Of a DNA stretch of 64,000 nt, positions 52,876-62,653 are shown piece after piece. Below the pieces are notes generated by a model, which was given only the letters and a program-made list of their open reading frames with translations, ran no database searches and was not told where the DNA came from. The position numbers and the translations under genes are program-made. The stretch comes from Endomicrobiia bacterium (GTDB lineage Bacteria; Elusimicrobiota; Endomicrobiia; DTEH01). The number at the start of each line of letters is the position of its first letter. Within the stretch, counting starts at the first letter, position 1. The DNA lies in the NCBI GenBank assembly GCA_039630545.1, contig JBCNUU010000002.1, positions 190,382 to 254,381 of the forward strand, given 5' to 3'.

Positions 52876-54000
52876 ATGAAAGAAGAATACGAACTTAGAG
52901 ATCTTTCATATCAAAAAAACTTTCCTAAAGACAAAGAATCTCTACTAGCCCATATGAAAAACTTCAAACTGGAGCTTAAGTTTTCTGTAGGAATTTGGTA
53001 TTTTACACCTGGTGGTGGAAGGTTTCACGACAGATATGTTCCAGAAAAATCAATAAAAGAACGACTTAAAATGGCAGAAGAATTTGCTGAATATGGTGTT
53101 ACAGGTATAGAGGCACATTATCCCTCAGAAGTTAATGAAGATAATTTAGATCTTTATTTGGACTTGTATAAAAAAGCAGGTATAAAACTTATAGGAGTGC
53201 CTTTTTCACATTTTTTTGACAAGGAGTTTGAATTTGGAGCGTTGTCTAACCCATATAAAAAAGTTAGAGACAAAGCAATAGAAATAGCAATAAATGGTTT
53301 AAAACTTGTAAAAAAAGTTGGTGCAAATTGTGCTATTTCCTGGCCTGGGATAGATGGATACACTTATCCATTAGGCACCATATTTCCCTGGATGTGGAAC
53401 TTTTTTGAAGAATCATTAGCAACTGCAATGGATGAAGTCCCTGGCGTAAGAGTTGCAATAGAACCCAAACCCTACGAACCCGCTCCAAATAATATATATA
53501 AAACCACGGCAGAAGGTATTCTTGCTGCACAGAGAATTGAAAAAAGGTTAAAAAATTCAGTTAATAAAGACTTATTAGATAAAGGACAACCATTAGTTGG
53601 ACTTAACCCAGAGATAGGGCATATTCGTATGGGTTACGAAGAAGCAGCAGCTTCATATGCTATGGTATGTTACGAAGGAAGATTAGCACATGTACATTTT
53701 AACAGTCAGCCGCTTGGTAACTATGACCAGGATCTTAATGTTGGAGTAGTTGAATGGCAACAAGCAGAAGCAGCACTATATGTGTTGAAAATGTTTGGAT
53801 ATAAAGAATATATAGGTATAGACATAAATCCAGAAAGAATGCCTGTAAAAAAAGCAATTGAGATAAACACTAAAGTTATAAAGATTATGAATGAAAGAAT
53901 AGAGCAACTACCGCACGAGAAAATAATTGATTGCTATTTAGACCCAGCAAATCATCGAGGAGAATTAGAATTAATTTTAGCAGAGTCAATGAGGAGATAA
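52876..54000 (+). CDS. Xylose isomerase-like TIM-barrel sugar isomerase (short, class I-like)
   Basis: IEPKPYEP, LNPEIGH, HVHFNSQ..GNYDQDL metal-binding motifs; next to xylB and tkt. Confidence 0.8.
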   Translation: MKEEYELRDLSYQKNFPKDKESLLAHMKNFKLELKFSVGIWYFTPGGGRFHDRYVPEKSIKERLKMAEEFAEYGVTGIEAHYPSEVNEDNLDLYLDLYKKAGIKLIGVPFSHFFDKEFEFGALSNPYKKVRDKAIEIAINGLKLVKKVGANCAISWPGIDGYTYPLGTIFPWMWNFFEESLATAMDEVPGVRVAIEPKPYEPAPNNIYKTTAEGILAAQRIEKRLKNSVNKDLLDKGQPLVGLNPEIGHIRMGYEEAAASYAMVCYEGRLAHVHFNSQPLGNYDQDLNVGVVEWQQAEAALYVLKMFGYKEYIGIDINPERMPVKKAIEINTKVIKIMNERIEQLPHEKIIDCYLDPANHRGELELILAESMRR

Positions 54001-54004
54001 TTTT

Positions 54005-54856
54005 ATGAAAGTAACAAAGCAAGAAATAAGATATAATGGATACAACTGCATAAGAATAACTAATGGAACATTGGAATTAGTTATACCTATAGACTTTGGC
54101 CCAAGAATACTACATTTTAGTTTTGTAGGTGAAAAGAATCTTTTTGGTATTATTGAAGATGTTGAGTTCAAAAATAAATATGGTGTTTGGAAAATTTACG
54201 GTGGACATAGATTATGGACAGCTCCTGAAAGTTTAGAAACCTACTATCCTGATAACACTAAAGTTGATTTTTTAGAAAAAAAAGATTACTTTCGTATCTC
54301 TAAAAATTTTGAAAAAATAGGGATTAGAAAAGAGATTTATTTGAAATTTATTTCCAAAAACGAACTTGAAGTTATACACAGATTAGTTAACATATCTAAA
54401 AAAACTAAAAAAATTTCTTTGTGGACGCTTTCTGTAATGTGCAAAGGTGGCATGGCAATTTTACCACAAAACGATGTTTCTACAGATAAATATGGGTTTT
54501 TGCCTAACAGAAATATAGTATTTTGGAAATATACAGATGTAAAAGACAAAAGATTATCTTTAGATAACGATTTTATATACATAAAACAAGATACTAAAAG
54601 CAAAACAGCATTCAAAATAGGACAATTTCTTTTGAAAGGTTGGATTTCATATAAGGTAGATAAATATCTTATGGTAAAAAAATTCAAAACGCCATTGGTT
54701 AAAACATTAGATGTTTATCCAGACTTTTTTTGCAATGTAGAAATTTACAGTTGTCCTAAATTTTTAGAATTAGAATTACTAACTCCGTTGAAAGTTCTAA
54801 ATAAAAGTGAGTCTATACAACATAATGAAATATGGCAGCTTTATAAAGATAACTAA
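54005..54856 (+). CDS. Conserved protein, DUF4380/aldose-epimerase-like fold (putative)
   Basis: DFGPRI, YGGHRLWTAPE...YYPDN, YPD...VEIY...LELE. Confidence 0.55.
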   Translation: MKVTKQEIRYNGYNCIRITNGTLELVIPIDFGPRILHFSFVGEKNLFGIIEDVEFKNKYGVWKIYGGHRLWTAPESLETYYPDNTKVDFLEKKDYFRISKNFEKIGIRKEIYLKFISKNELEVIHRLVNISKKTKKISLWTLSVMCKGGMAILPQNDVSTDKYGFLPNRNIVFWKYTDVKDKRLSLDNDFIYIKQDTKSKTAFKIGQFLLKGWISYKVDKYLMVKKFKTPLVKTLDVYPDFFCNVEIYSCPKFLELELLTPLKVLNKSESIQHNEIWQLYKDN

Positions 54857-54861
54857 CAATT

Positions 54862-56865
54862 ATGAAAAAAATAAAGTGGGGAATAATAGGTACAGGAAGC
54901 ATTGCTAAAAAATTTGCTTTTGATTTAAAATTTTCTCAGTTAGGGGAACTTTATGCAATAGCAAGCAGAGATATAAAAAAAGCTCAAGAGTTTTCCAAAG
55001 AGTTTTTATGCGAGAAATTTTATGGAAGTTATGACGGATTATTGAAAGATGAAGATGTTGAAGTTGTTTATATATCTTTGCCTCATGTATACCATGCAGA
55101 GTGGACAATAAAATCTGCGAGAGCAGGTAAACACATACTTTGTGAAAAGCCTCTTACTGTAAATTACGCAGAAGCAGAAGCGGTAATTTATGAAGTAGCT
55201 AAACACAAAGTTTTTTTAATGGAAGCTTTTATGTATAGGTGTCATCCCCAAATTAGAAAATTGATAGAACTTTTAAATGCAAAAAACAGGGTAATAGGAG
55301 ATGTAAAAATTATAGAAGCATCATTTGGTTTTAAAGGTTGGTTTGATCCTGACGGAAGGCTTTTTAACCATTCATTAGCAGGAGGAGGAATTTTAGATGT
55401 TGGATGCTACCCAGTTTCAATAGCAAGACTAATAGCAGGAGTAGCTAACAATAAACTATTTGATGAACCGAAAGAGGTTATAGGTGTTGGAAAAATAGGT
55501 TCTACAAATGTTGATGAATATGCCTTTGGACTTTTAAAGTTTGAAAATGATATTATAGCTAAAATATCCTGTAGTATTACATTTTGGCAAGAAAATTCAG
55601 TAAAAATTTTTGGGACAGAAGGAAGCATAACACTTAAAAATCCGTGGCTTGCCGGATTAGAGGGAAAAATTCCATCCGTAATTGTTGTACAAAAAGAAAA
55701 CAACACAGAAGAAATAAAAATAGACACACATCTTCCACTTTACACTTTAGAAGCAGATATAGTTAATAGAAGTATTTTAGAAAATAAAACTCAACCAGAT
55801 TATCCAGCTATGAGCTGGCAGGATAGTTTAGGTAATATGAAAACATTAGATAAATGGAGGAAAGCAATAGGGTTAGAATATGATTTTGAAAAACCAACAG
55901 TATATATTTCTACTGTGGATAAAGAACCTTTGAAAAGATATGAAGATATTAAAATGGAGTATTTAAAAATCCCTGGTTTAGAAAAACCAGTTTCAAGATT
56001 AATTCTGGGTGCTGACGTTCACATAGAACTTCCATATGCTACAGTAATGTTTGATGAATTTTACAGGTTGGGAGGAAATTGTTTTGACACAGCACATATC
56101 TACTATGAAGGCAAAAGTGAAAGAGTGTTAGGACAATGGATTAAGAATAGAAATTTAAGAGAAGAAATTGTAATTTTAGATAAAGGTGCTCATACTCCAT
56201 GGTGTGATCCTCAAAATCTAACAAAGCAATTATTAGAAAGCCTTGAAAGATTACAGGTGGATTACATAGATATATACTTACTACACAGAGATAATCTTGA
56301 AATTCCAGTTGGAGAGTTTATAGAAGTGCTAAACGAACACAAAAAACTTGGAAGAATAAAAATTTTTGGATGTTCAAACTGGACCATACAGAGAATAGAA
56401 GAAGCAAACAATTACGCAAGAAAAAGAAATTTAGAAGGTTTTTCAGTTGTAAGCAATAACTTTTCGTTAGCAAAAATGGTTTCTGCTGTGTGGGAAGGTT
56501 GTATAAGTTCTTCTAATAAAGAGGATATAGAGTGGTTTAAGAAAACACAGATTCCTTTGTTTTCATGGTCTTCTCAAGCAAGGGGTTTTTTTAGTGGAAA
56601 AGCTTCACCTGATAATTTTGAAGATAAAGAACTTGTAAGATGCTGGTATAGCAAAGAAAATTTTGAAAGATTAGAAAGAGCCAGAATTCTTGCATCAAAA
56701 AAGAATATAAAACCTATAAACATAGCTTTAGCATATGTATTATCTCAAAAATTTCCAACGGCTGCCTTAATTGGGCCAAGAAATTTATTTGAGTTAAAAG
56801 ATTGTATGGTAGCATTTGATATAAAACTTACTGAAGAAGAGATCAGGTATTTAGAAGAAGGATAA
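54862..56865 (+). CDS. Fusion of a Gfo/Idh/MocA oxidoreductase and an aldo/keto reductase
   Basis: N-half WGIIGTGSIA, HILCEKP, EAFMYR.HP, GGGILDVGCY; C-half FDTAHIY, SLERLQVDYIDIYLLHRD, GCSNW. Confidence 0.9.
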   Translation: MKKIKWGIIGTGSIAKKFAFDLKFSQLGELYAIASRDIKKAQEFSKEFLCEKFYGSYDGLLKDEDVEVVYISLPHVYHAEWTIKSARAGKHILCEKPLTVNYAEAEAVIYEVAKHKVFLMEAFMYRCHPQIRKLIELLNAKNRVIGDVKIIEASFGFKGWFDPDGRLFNHSLAGGGILDVGCYPVSIARLIAGVANNKLFDEPKEVIGVGKIGSTNVDEYAFGLLKFENDIIAKISCSITFWQENSVKIFGTEGSITLKNPWLAGLEGKIPSVIVVQKENNTEEIKIDTHLPLYTLEADIVNRSILENKTQPDYPAMSWQDSLGNMKTLDKWRKAIGLEYDFEKPTVYISTVDKEPLKRYEDIKMEYLKIPGLEKPVSRLILGADVHIELPYATVMFDEFYRLGGNCFDTAHIYYEGKSERVLGQWIKNRNLREEIVILDKGAHTPWCDPQNLTKQLLESLERLQVDYIDIYLLHRDNLEIPVGEFIEVLNEHKKLGRIKIFGCSNWTIQRIEEANNYARKRNLEGFSVVSNNFSLAKMVSAVWEGCISSSNKEDIEWFKKTQIPLFSWSSQARGFFSGKASPDNFEDKELVRCWYSKENFERLERARILASKKNIKPINIALAYVLSQKFPTAALIGPRNLFELKDCMVAFDIKLTEEEIRYLEEG

Positions 56866-56893
56866 ATTTCTTTATATAAAAAGGACATTAAAA

Positions 56894-58087
56894 ATGTTAC
56901 AAATAAAACAAGAAAAAATAATAGAAGAAACAACATCCACAGAAATAAGACTTCGTGGTGTAAACTTAGGTGGGTGGTTGATGATGGAAGGATATATTCT
57001 TGGTGGAAGAAATATTACAGAAACAGAGTTTAAAAATAAATTTAAAAAAATAAATGGTAAGAAAGCTCTAATTGATTTTGAAAATTCATTTAGAAAAAAT
57101 TTTATTAACGAACATGATATAAAATATATAAAAAATTTAAACTTTAACTGTATAAGAGTTCCATTTCATTGGAAGATAGCAGATAAAGATATATATTGGT
57201 TAAAAAGGATAATAGAATGGTGTAAAAAACATAAAATTTATTGTATTCTGGATATGCATAGTGTTCCTGGTTCACAAAATGGCGATTGGCACTCAGATCC
57301 TCCTGAGCCATCTAAAAGTTTGTTCTGGTTTAATAAAAAATTTCACAGCATCTACTATAGCTTATGGGATAAAATTTCAAAAATGTTTAAAGACGAAGAA
57401 ATAATTGCAGGTTATGATATAATGAATGAGCCGGTGATAAGGAAGAAAAATTGGGCAAAGATATTAGCCGAAGTTTATAATAATGTAATTAAAGTAATAA
57501 GAAAAAATTCTGACAGACACATTATATTTGTGGAAGGCAACATGTGGGCATCTATGTGCGATTTTTTTAAATATTTAAAACATAAAGAAAATATAGCAAT
57601 AAGCATACATTTTTATCATCCAGTAGATTATACATTTAATTTAAATCATGATCTTAAATATCCAGATGCCAATTTTAATAAAGATAAACTCTATAAGATG
57701 TTAAAAGAGTATAAAGAAATCTCCATGAAACATAAAGTTCCTATATATGTAGGAGAGTTTGGTATTAATTTAAGGTGTGACAATGGGTGTTCTGGAGAGA
57801 AGGAGTATTTAAGGGACCTAATATCCGCTTTTGAAAAATTTGACTTCCACTGGACAATATGGACCTATAAAACCATATATATTCATGTTCAACCTACTGG
57901 ACTTTTGGTATATAATAAGAATCCGGATTTTATATCTCGCCAGGAGAATGATTTTGGATGGGAAAGATATATTTTAAGCTGGAAAAAATATTCTTCAGAG
58001 ATAAAATCTTCCTGGCTTTCAAGAAATTTTTCTTATGGAGTTTTAAAAATTCTAAAAGATAAATTTTTTGTTTTAAAAACCTCTTGA
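56894..58087 (+). CDS. GH5 glycoside hydrolase without a signal peptide
   Basis: LRGVNLGGWLMMEGY, RVPFHW, LDMHSVPGSQN, MNEP (acid/base), HFY, VGEFG (nucleophile), WTYK. Confidence 0.9.
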   Translation: MLQIKQEKIIEETTSTEIRLRGVNLGGWLMMEGYILGGRNITETEFKNKFKKINGKKALIDFENSFRKNFINEHDIKYIKNLNFNCIRVPFHWKIADKDIYWLKRIIEWCKKHKIYCILDMHSVPGSQNGDWHSDPPEPSKSLFWFNKKFHSIYYSLWDKISKMFKDEEIIAGYDIMNEPVIRKKNWAKILAEVYNNVIKVIRKNSDRHIIFVEGNMWASMCDFFKYLKHKENIAISIHFYHPVDYTFNLNHDLKYPDANFNKDKLYKMLKEYKEISMKHKVPIYVGEFGINLRCDNGCSGEKEYLRDLISAFEKFDFHWTIWTYKTIYIHVQPTGLLVYNKNPDFISRQENDFGWERYILSWKKYSSEIKSSWLSRNFSYGVLKILKDKFFVLKTS

Positions 58088-58129
58088 CAACTATATTTTG
58101 TTTTTGTATATCTAATACAGGTTAACACA
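58084..58129 (+). promoter_or_regulatory. Promoter (-35 TTGACA) plus candidate operator (motif copy 4) TAATACA-GGT-TAACACA at 58113-58129
   Basis: TTGACA 58084-58089, imperfect -10 TATATC after 17 bp. The motif ends on the A of the regulator's ATG. Confidence 0.6.
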
Positions 58130-59259
58130 TGATGAAAGATTCTGTTTTACCAAAGTATAAAACAATAGCTAAAATATTATCACAAAAAATTCAAAAAGGA
58201 GAATATAAGAAAAATACTTTTCTACCTTCAGAAGCTGAACTCTCAAAAATGTTTAAAGTAAGCAGAGTCACAATCAGACAGGCACTCAACATTCTTATAC
58301 ATGAGAATCTCATAAAGCCAATCGCAGGAGTAGGAAGTGTCGTGATCAATGAAACACCTTCAAAATTTTCTGAAATTTCTGTTGATAAAACAAAAAGTAT
58401 ATATTTTGTGTTAATTCTGTCTAAAAGTGTAAAGTGGGGAATAGAAAATCCATTTTATGCAGAGATAATCAGTGGAGCAGAACAGAGAGTAAGAGAAAAT
58501 GGATATCATCTTTTGTTTACTTTATATGAAGATATAAGAAGAGCTTCTGACCTTTCAGATTTGATGATTAAAAAACACATTAATGGTTTTTTATTGGTAG
58601 GTGATATGGATGAAAAATTTATAAATCTAGTCAAAAAATCAGGTCTTCCTTCAGTAATTATTAACAACCCTATAGGTGAAAAATATGAACTGCCGACCAT
58701 TATAAATGATGATTTTAGAGGTGGATTTGAAGCTACAAAATTTCTTTACAATACAGGTTGTAGAAAGATTGCATGTATTAAAGGACCTTCTTCATCTCTA
58801 AGTTGTGAAGAAAGATATAGAGGTTATATATCTGCATTAAAAAATTTTGGTTTAGAAGTTACTTCAAATTTAGTGGTTGAAGGAAATCTTGAGTTTGAAA
58901 GTGGTTATGATGCTGTTAAAAAAATTTTTAGCTCAAAAATTTTGCCTGATGGTATATTTGCGATTAACGACACTATGGCAATAGGAGCTTTAAAGTTTTT
59001 AATAGAAAAAGGTGTAGAGATTCCTAAAGAAATAAGCATTATAGGTTTTGACAATATAGCTCAAAGCGCTCAAGTGGTCCCTTCGCTTACCACTGTAAAT
59101 GTAGAAAGAAAAGAGATGGGTTATTTAGCTACAGGAAAACTTATTGAGTTCATAGAAAATAAAACTCAGTATTTTCCTATAAGGGTAATTCTACCCTGCA
59201 GAATCATAGAAAGAGAGACTACAAGAAAAATAGAAAAAAATTCTAACACTAAATTTTAA
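58129..59259 (+). CDS. GntR-HTH plus LacI-type sugar-binding domain regulator (AraR-like)
   Basis: PKY..I, LPSEAELSKMFKVSRVTIRQAL..L (GntR wHTH), followed by a periplasmic-binding-fold domain with SIIGFDN and LTTV. Confidence 0.93.
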   Translation: MMKDSVLPKYKTIAKILSQKIQKGEYKKNTFLPSEAELSKMFKVSRVTIRQALNILIHENLIKPIAGVGSVVINETPSKFSEISVDKTKSIYFVLILSKSVKWGIENPFYAEIISGAEQRVRENGYHLLFTLYEDIRRASDLSDLMIKKHINGFLLVGDMDEKFINLVKKSGLPSVIINNPIGEKYELPTIINDDFRGGFEATKFLYNTGCRKIACIKGPSSSLSCEERYRGYISALKNFGLEVTSNLVVEGNLEFESGYDAVKKIFSSKILPDGIFAINDTMAIGALKFLIEKGVEIPKEISIIGFDNIAQSAQVVPSLTTVNVERKEMGYLATGKLIEFIENKTQYFPIRVILPCRIIERETTRKIEKNSNTKF

Positions 59260-59272
59260 AGGAGCAAATCGT

Positions 59273-62200
59273 ATGAAAAATAAAAAATTCCTAATATTTT
59301 TTATATCTCTTTTCATGATATTACAGGTATTAACAACTATACCATCTTTTTGTGACTTATATAAAGATAGGTTCTTAGAGCTATATAATTGTATAAAAAC
59401 TAATGGTTGTTTGTCTCCTGAAGGTATTCCTTATCATTCAAGAGAAAAAAGAATTGTAGAAGCTACAGACTACGGTCACTGCTCTACATCAGAAGGAATT
59501 TCTTTTTTGATATGGTTAGAGGCAATGTATGACTATATTACCAACAATTCAAACTGGAGTAATTTTTCAAGAGCCTGGGACATATGTGAACGGTATTATA
59601 TTCCACCTTCTTCAGAACAACCAAATTTTGCCTATAATTCTTCAAAACCAGCTTCAGTTGTAGATGAACATGATTCACCAACAGCATATCCTTCCAGTGT
59701 AGATACAAACGCTCCTGTAGGAAACGACCCAATTTGGAGTTCAGTTACATCAGCTACTGGAAGGCAGATACCTTATCTTCTTCATTGGTACTTAGATGTA
59801 GACGATTGGTTGGGATTTGGTCAAGCATTTAATATAGGAATTTCAGGAAAAGATGGAAGAAGAATAGTAAAAACAAACACATTCCAAAGAGGCCCTAACG
59901 AATCTACCTGGGAAACAATTCATCATCCTTCTTTTGATAAAAAACCAGATTACAACACATTTTATGTTCCTTTATTTGTTCAATCAGATTCAGCTCAATG
60001 GAGGTATACTTCAGCTCCTGATGCAGAAGCAAGGATAGCTCAAGCTATGTGGTGGGCAGAGTTGTGGGCTGCACAAAAAGGTGTAAACATTAACAACTAT
60101 ATAACAAAAACTCGTAATTTAGGTCACTGGATGAGATATTGTTTATTTGACAAGTATTTTAGAAGAATAGGACAAGCTGGTTCAGCAGGAAGTGGTTATA
60201 ACAGCTGTCATTATTTAATAAGTTGGTACATTGCTTGGGGCGGTCCTGTTCAACAATCTGAAAGATGGGGTTTTCTTATTGGTTGTCATTCTGCACATAC
60301 TGGATATCAAAATCCACTGGGTGCTTATTATTGGGCACAAAAAGGAGTTCCTGATTGGGAAAAAAGTTTAAGAACACAGCTTGCTTTAGCAAAATGGCTT
60401 CAAGTTCCGAAGGGAAATTTAGGGGAAGGTGCATTTGGAGGAGGTGTATGTAATGACTATCCAGATGATGATGTAGAATACACAGCATCTGATGCACCTA
60501 CTTTTAACCCACCTACTTACACAGATGGTCAGATGCCTTTAAGATACACTCACCATCCAGTATACTGGGATCCAGGTAGCAACACCTGGTGTGGTTGGCA
60601 GTACTGGTTTTCAGAACGTCTTGCACAGTTTTATTTTATACTTCCCTCTACAAGTCCATATCTATCTGACACATATTCTATTTTAAAAAACTGGATGGAT
60701 TTGTGGGCAGTTCCTAATTTCAAAGTTAAAATTAACGGTCAGTGGTATACAGCAGATACTCTTACAACATCACAATTAAGAAACACAGATCTCATTGAAG
60801 ATGTAAACATTCCTATAAGTTTTGTAAATTGGGATTGGTTAAATCCTCAAAATAACAATCCCTTAGATGCACCTGGTCCTCGTCAATCTTCTACTCGGTG
60901 GCAAGGTTGGAATGGAAAGGGTCCTGGAGACCCAAATTATGGAGCCAAAGTAGAGGCATGGGGGCACGATGTAGGGCTTATGGGAGCATTTGTAAAATGC
61001 TTAATTTTTTATAAACAAGGACTTCAAAAACACAACCACCAATCCAGATTTGAACCAGATTTTTATAAATACTTAGCAAAAACAATACTTGATGTAATGT
61101 GGAAAAATTTCAAAACAGACCTTGGTATTTCTGCACCAGAAATAAGGACAGATTATGTAAGATTTACTGATACCACCATATCCACTGTATATGTTCCTCA
61201 ATCCAAACGGTTTCCCAACATAGGCTTGGTAAACCAGGGAAATCGTGCCTTTAAAGATACAAGACCTGATTATGGAGAACCAATTCCGCAAGATTACAAA
61301 TTCACATATCACAGAACCTGGCAACAAGCGGCGTTTGCTTTAGCTTTAGGGTATTATTCTTTATATGAAAACAGAGATAATCCTCCATCAATAACCCTGA
61401 TTTCACCATCCACATCTACTATATTAACTGGAAGTGTAGAAGTTCGTGCAAATATTACAGATGATATTGAACTACGAAAAGTTGAACTTTATGTGAACAA
61501 TAACTTAAAATATGAAACAATACTTACTACTAATACTTATTTACTTAACTGGATATGGAATACTTCTGAACTTTTAGATTCAACACATACATTAAAAATT
61601 GTTGCTGTAGATAGCAGTTCACAAACATTTACTTATCAGGCAGTATTTAGAACAGATAATAATACTCCTCCAACAGTCTCAATCGTTAATCCTTTGAATA
61701 ACTCAAATGTTTCCGGAGTTGTAAACATAGAAATCCAAGCACAAGATCAGGCTCCGGGATATGTAGAAAGGGTGGTTTTAAGCATCACTAACCCTTCTCA
61801 AAGTTATACTTTGCAGTATACATTTTTACAACCACCCTACACCTATAGTTGGGATACTACATCTCTTTCAACAGGAAGTTATATAATTCGTGCAATCGCC
61901 TATGACAATATGCAAGAATTTTCGCAAGCTCAAATAAATATAAGGATATTTAGAATAGAAGGAGATAATCCTCCTCAAATCACTATAATTTCACCACAAA
62001 ATAATGCTACATACTATCTTACAGACACTATAAATCTTCACTACCAAGCAACTGATGATAATCTTCTTAGTGTGTTAGAAATATTTATTGACAATATTTT
62101 GTTTAGCAGCACAACACTAAACTTATCCTCTTATCAAACTACAACTTCTATTTACGCAAACAATCTATCCACTGGAACTCACTGGTTAGTTGCGGAAGAG

Positions 62201-62559
62201 TAAAAGACAACTCTTCACAACAAAACTCAGCTTCAGTAATGATTAGAATTCTTTCATCTCAATTCTATCCTACAACCAACAATCTGATGGAGGTTCAACT
62301 CCTTATAGATGATATAGATGAAGACTATACTTTAATTTCTGATTACTTGATACTTACTCCTAACAATGACGGTATAAACGACAAAATTGTTTTTTCTGAA
62401 AATATTCCTTATGAGATATTTACAAAAGATGGACAAAAAATTTTCTCTGATATATCTAATAATTGGGATGGTAAGGATTACTATAACTTAATAGTCCAGA
62501 ATGGTCTTTATTTGCTAAAAACTGACACAAAAATTTATTTTGTATTAGTAGCAAGATAA
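59273..62559 (+). CDS. GH48 cellobiohydrolase-type cellulase with three Big domains and a C-terminal sorting-like domain; frameshift near 62195
   Basis: GIPYHS, VEATDYGH.STSE, HW.LDVD, NTFQRG..ESTWETI, WRYTSAPDAEAR, HYLISWYIAWGG, YHRTWQQ. The frame of ORF 62239..62559 is open back to the break (RVKDNSSQQNSASVMIRI). Confidence 0.9.
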
Positions 62560-62653
62560 ATTTTTTTGGGAACAAAATAATTTTTGAAAGTGTCTGATTA
62601 TAAAAAAAAAGGAGGATATTTTATAGGATTTTATAGGGAAATAATGAAAATTT

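Noticed and set aside
62239..62559. Independent small gene
   Set aside because: There is no RBS, the frame is open upstream to the GH48 break, and it completes the Big domain. It is treated as the GH48 C-terminus.
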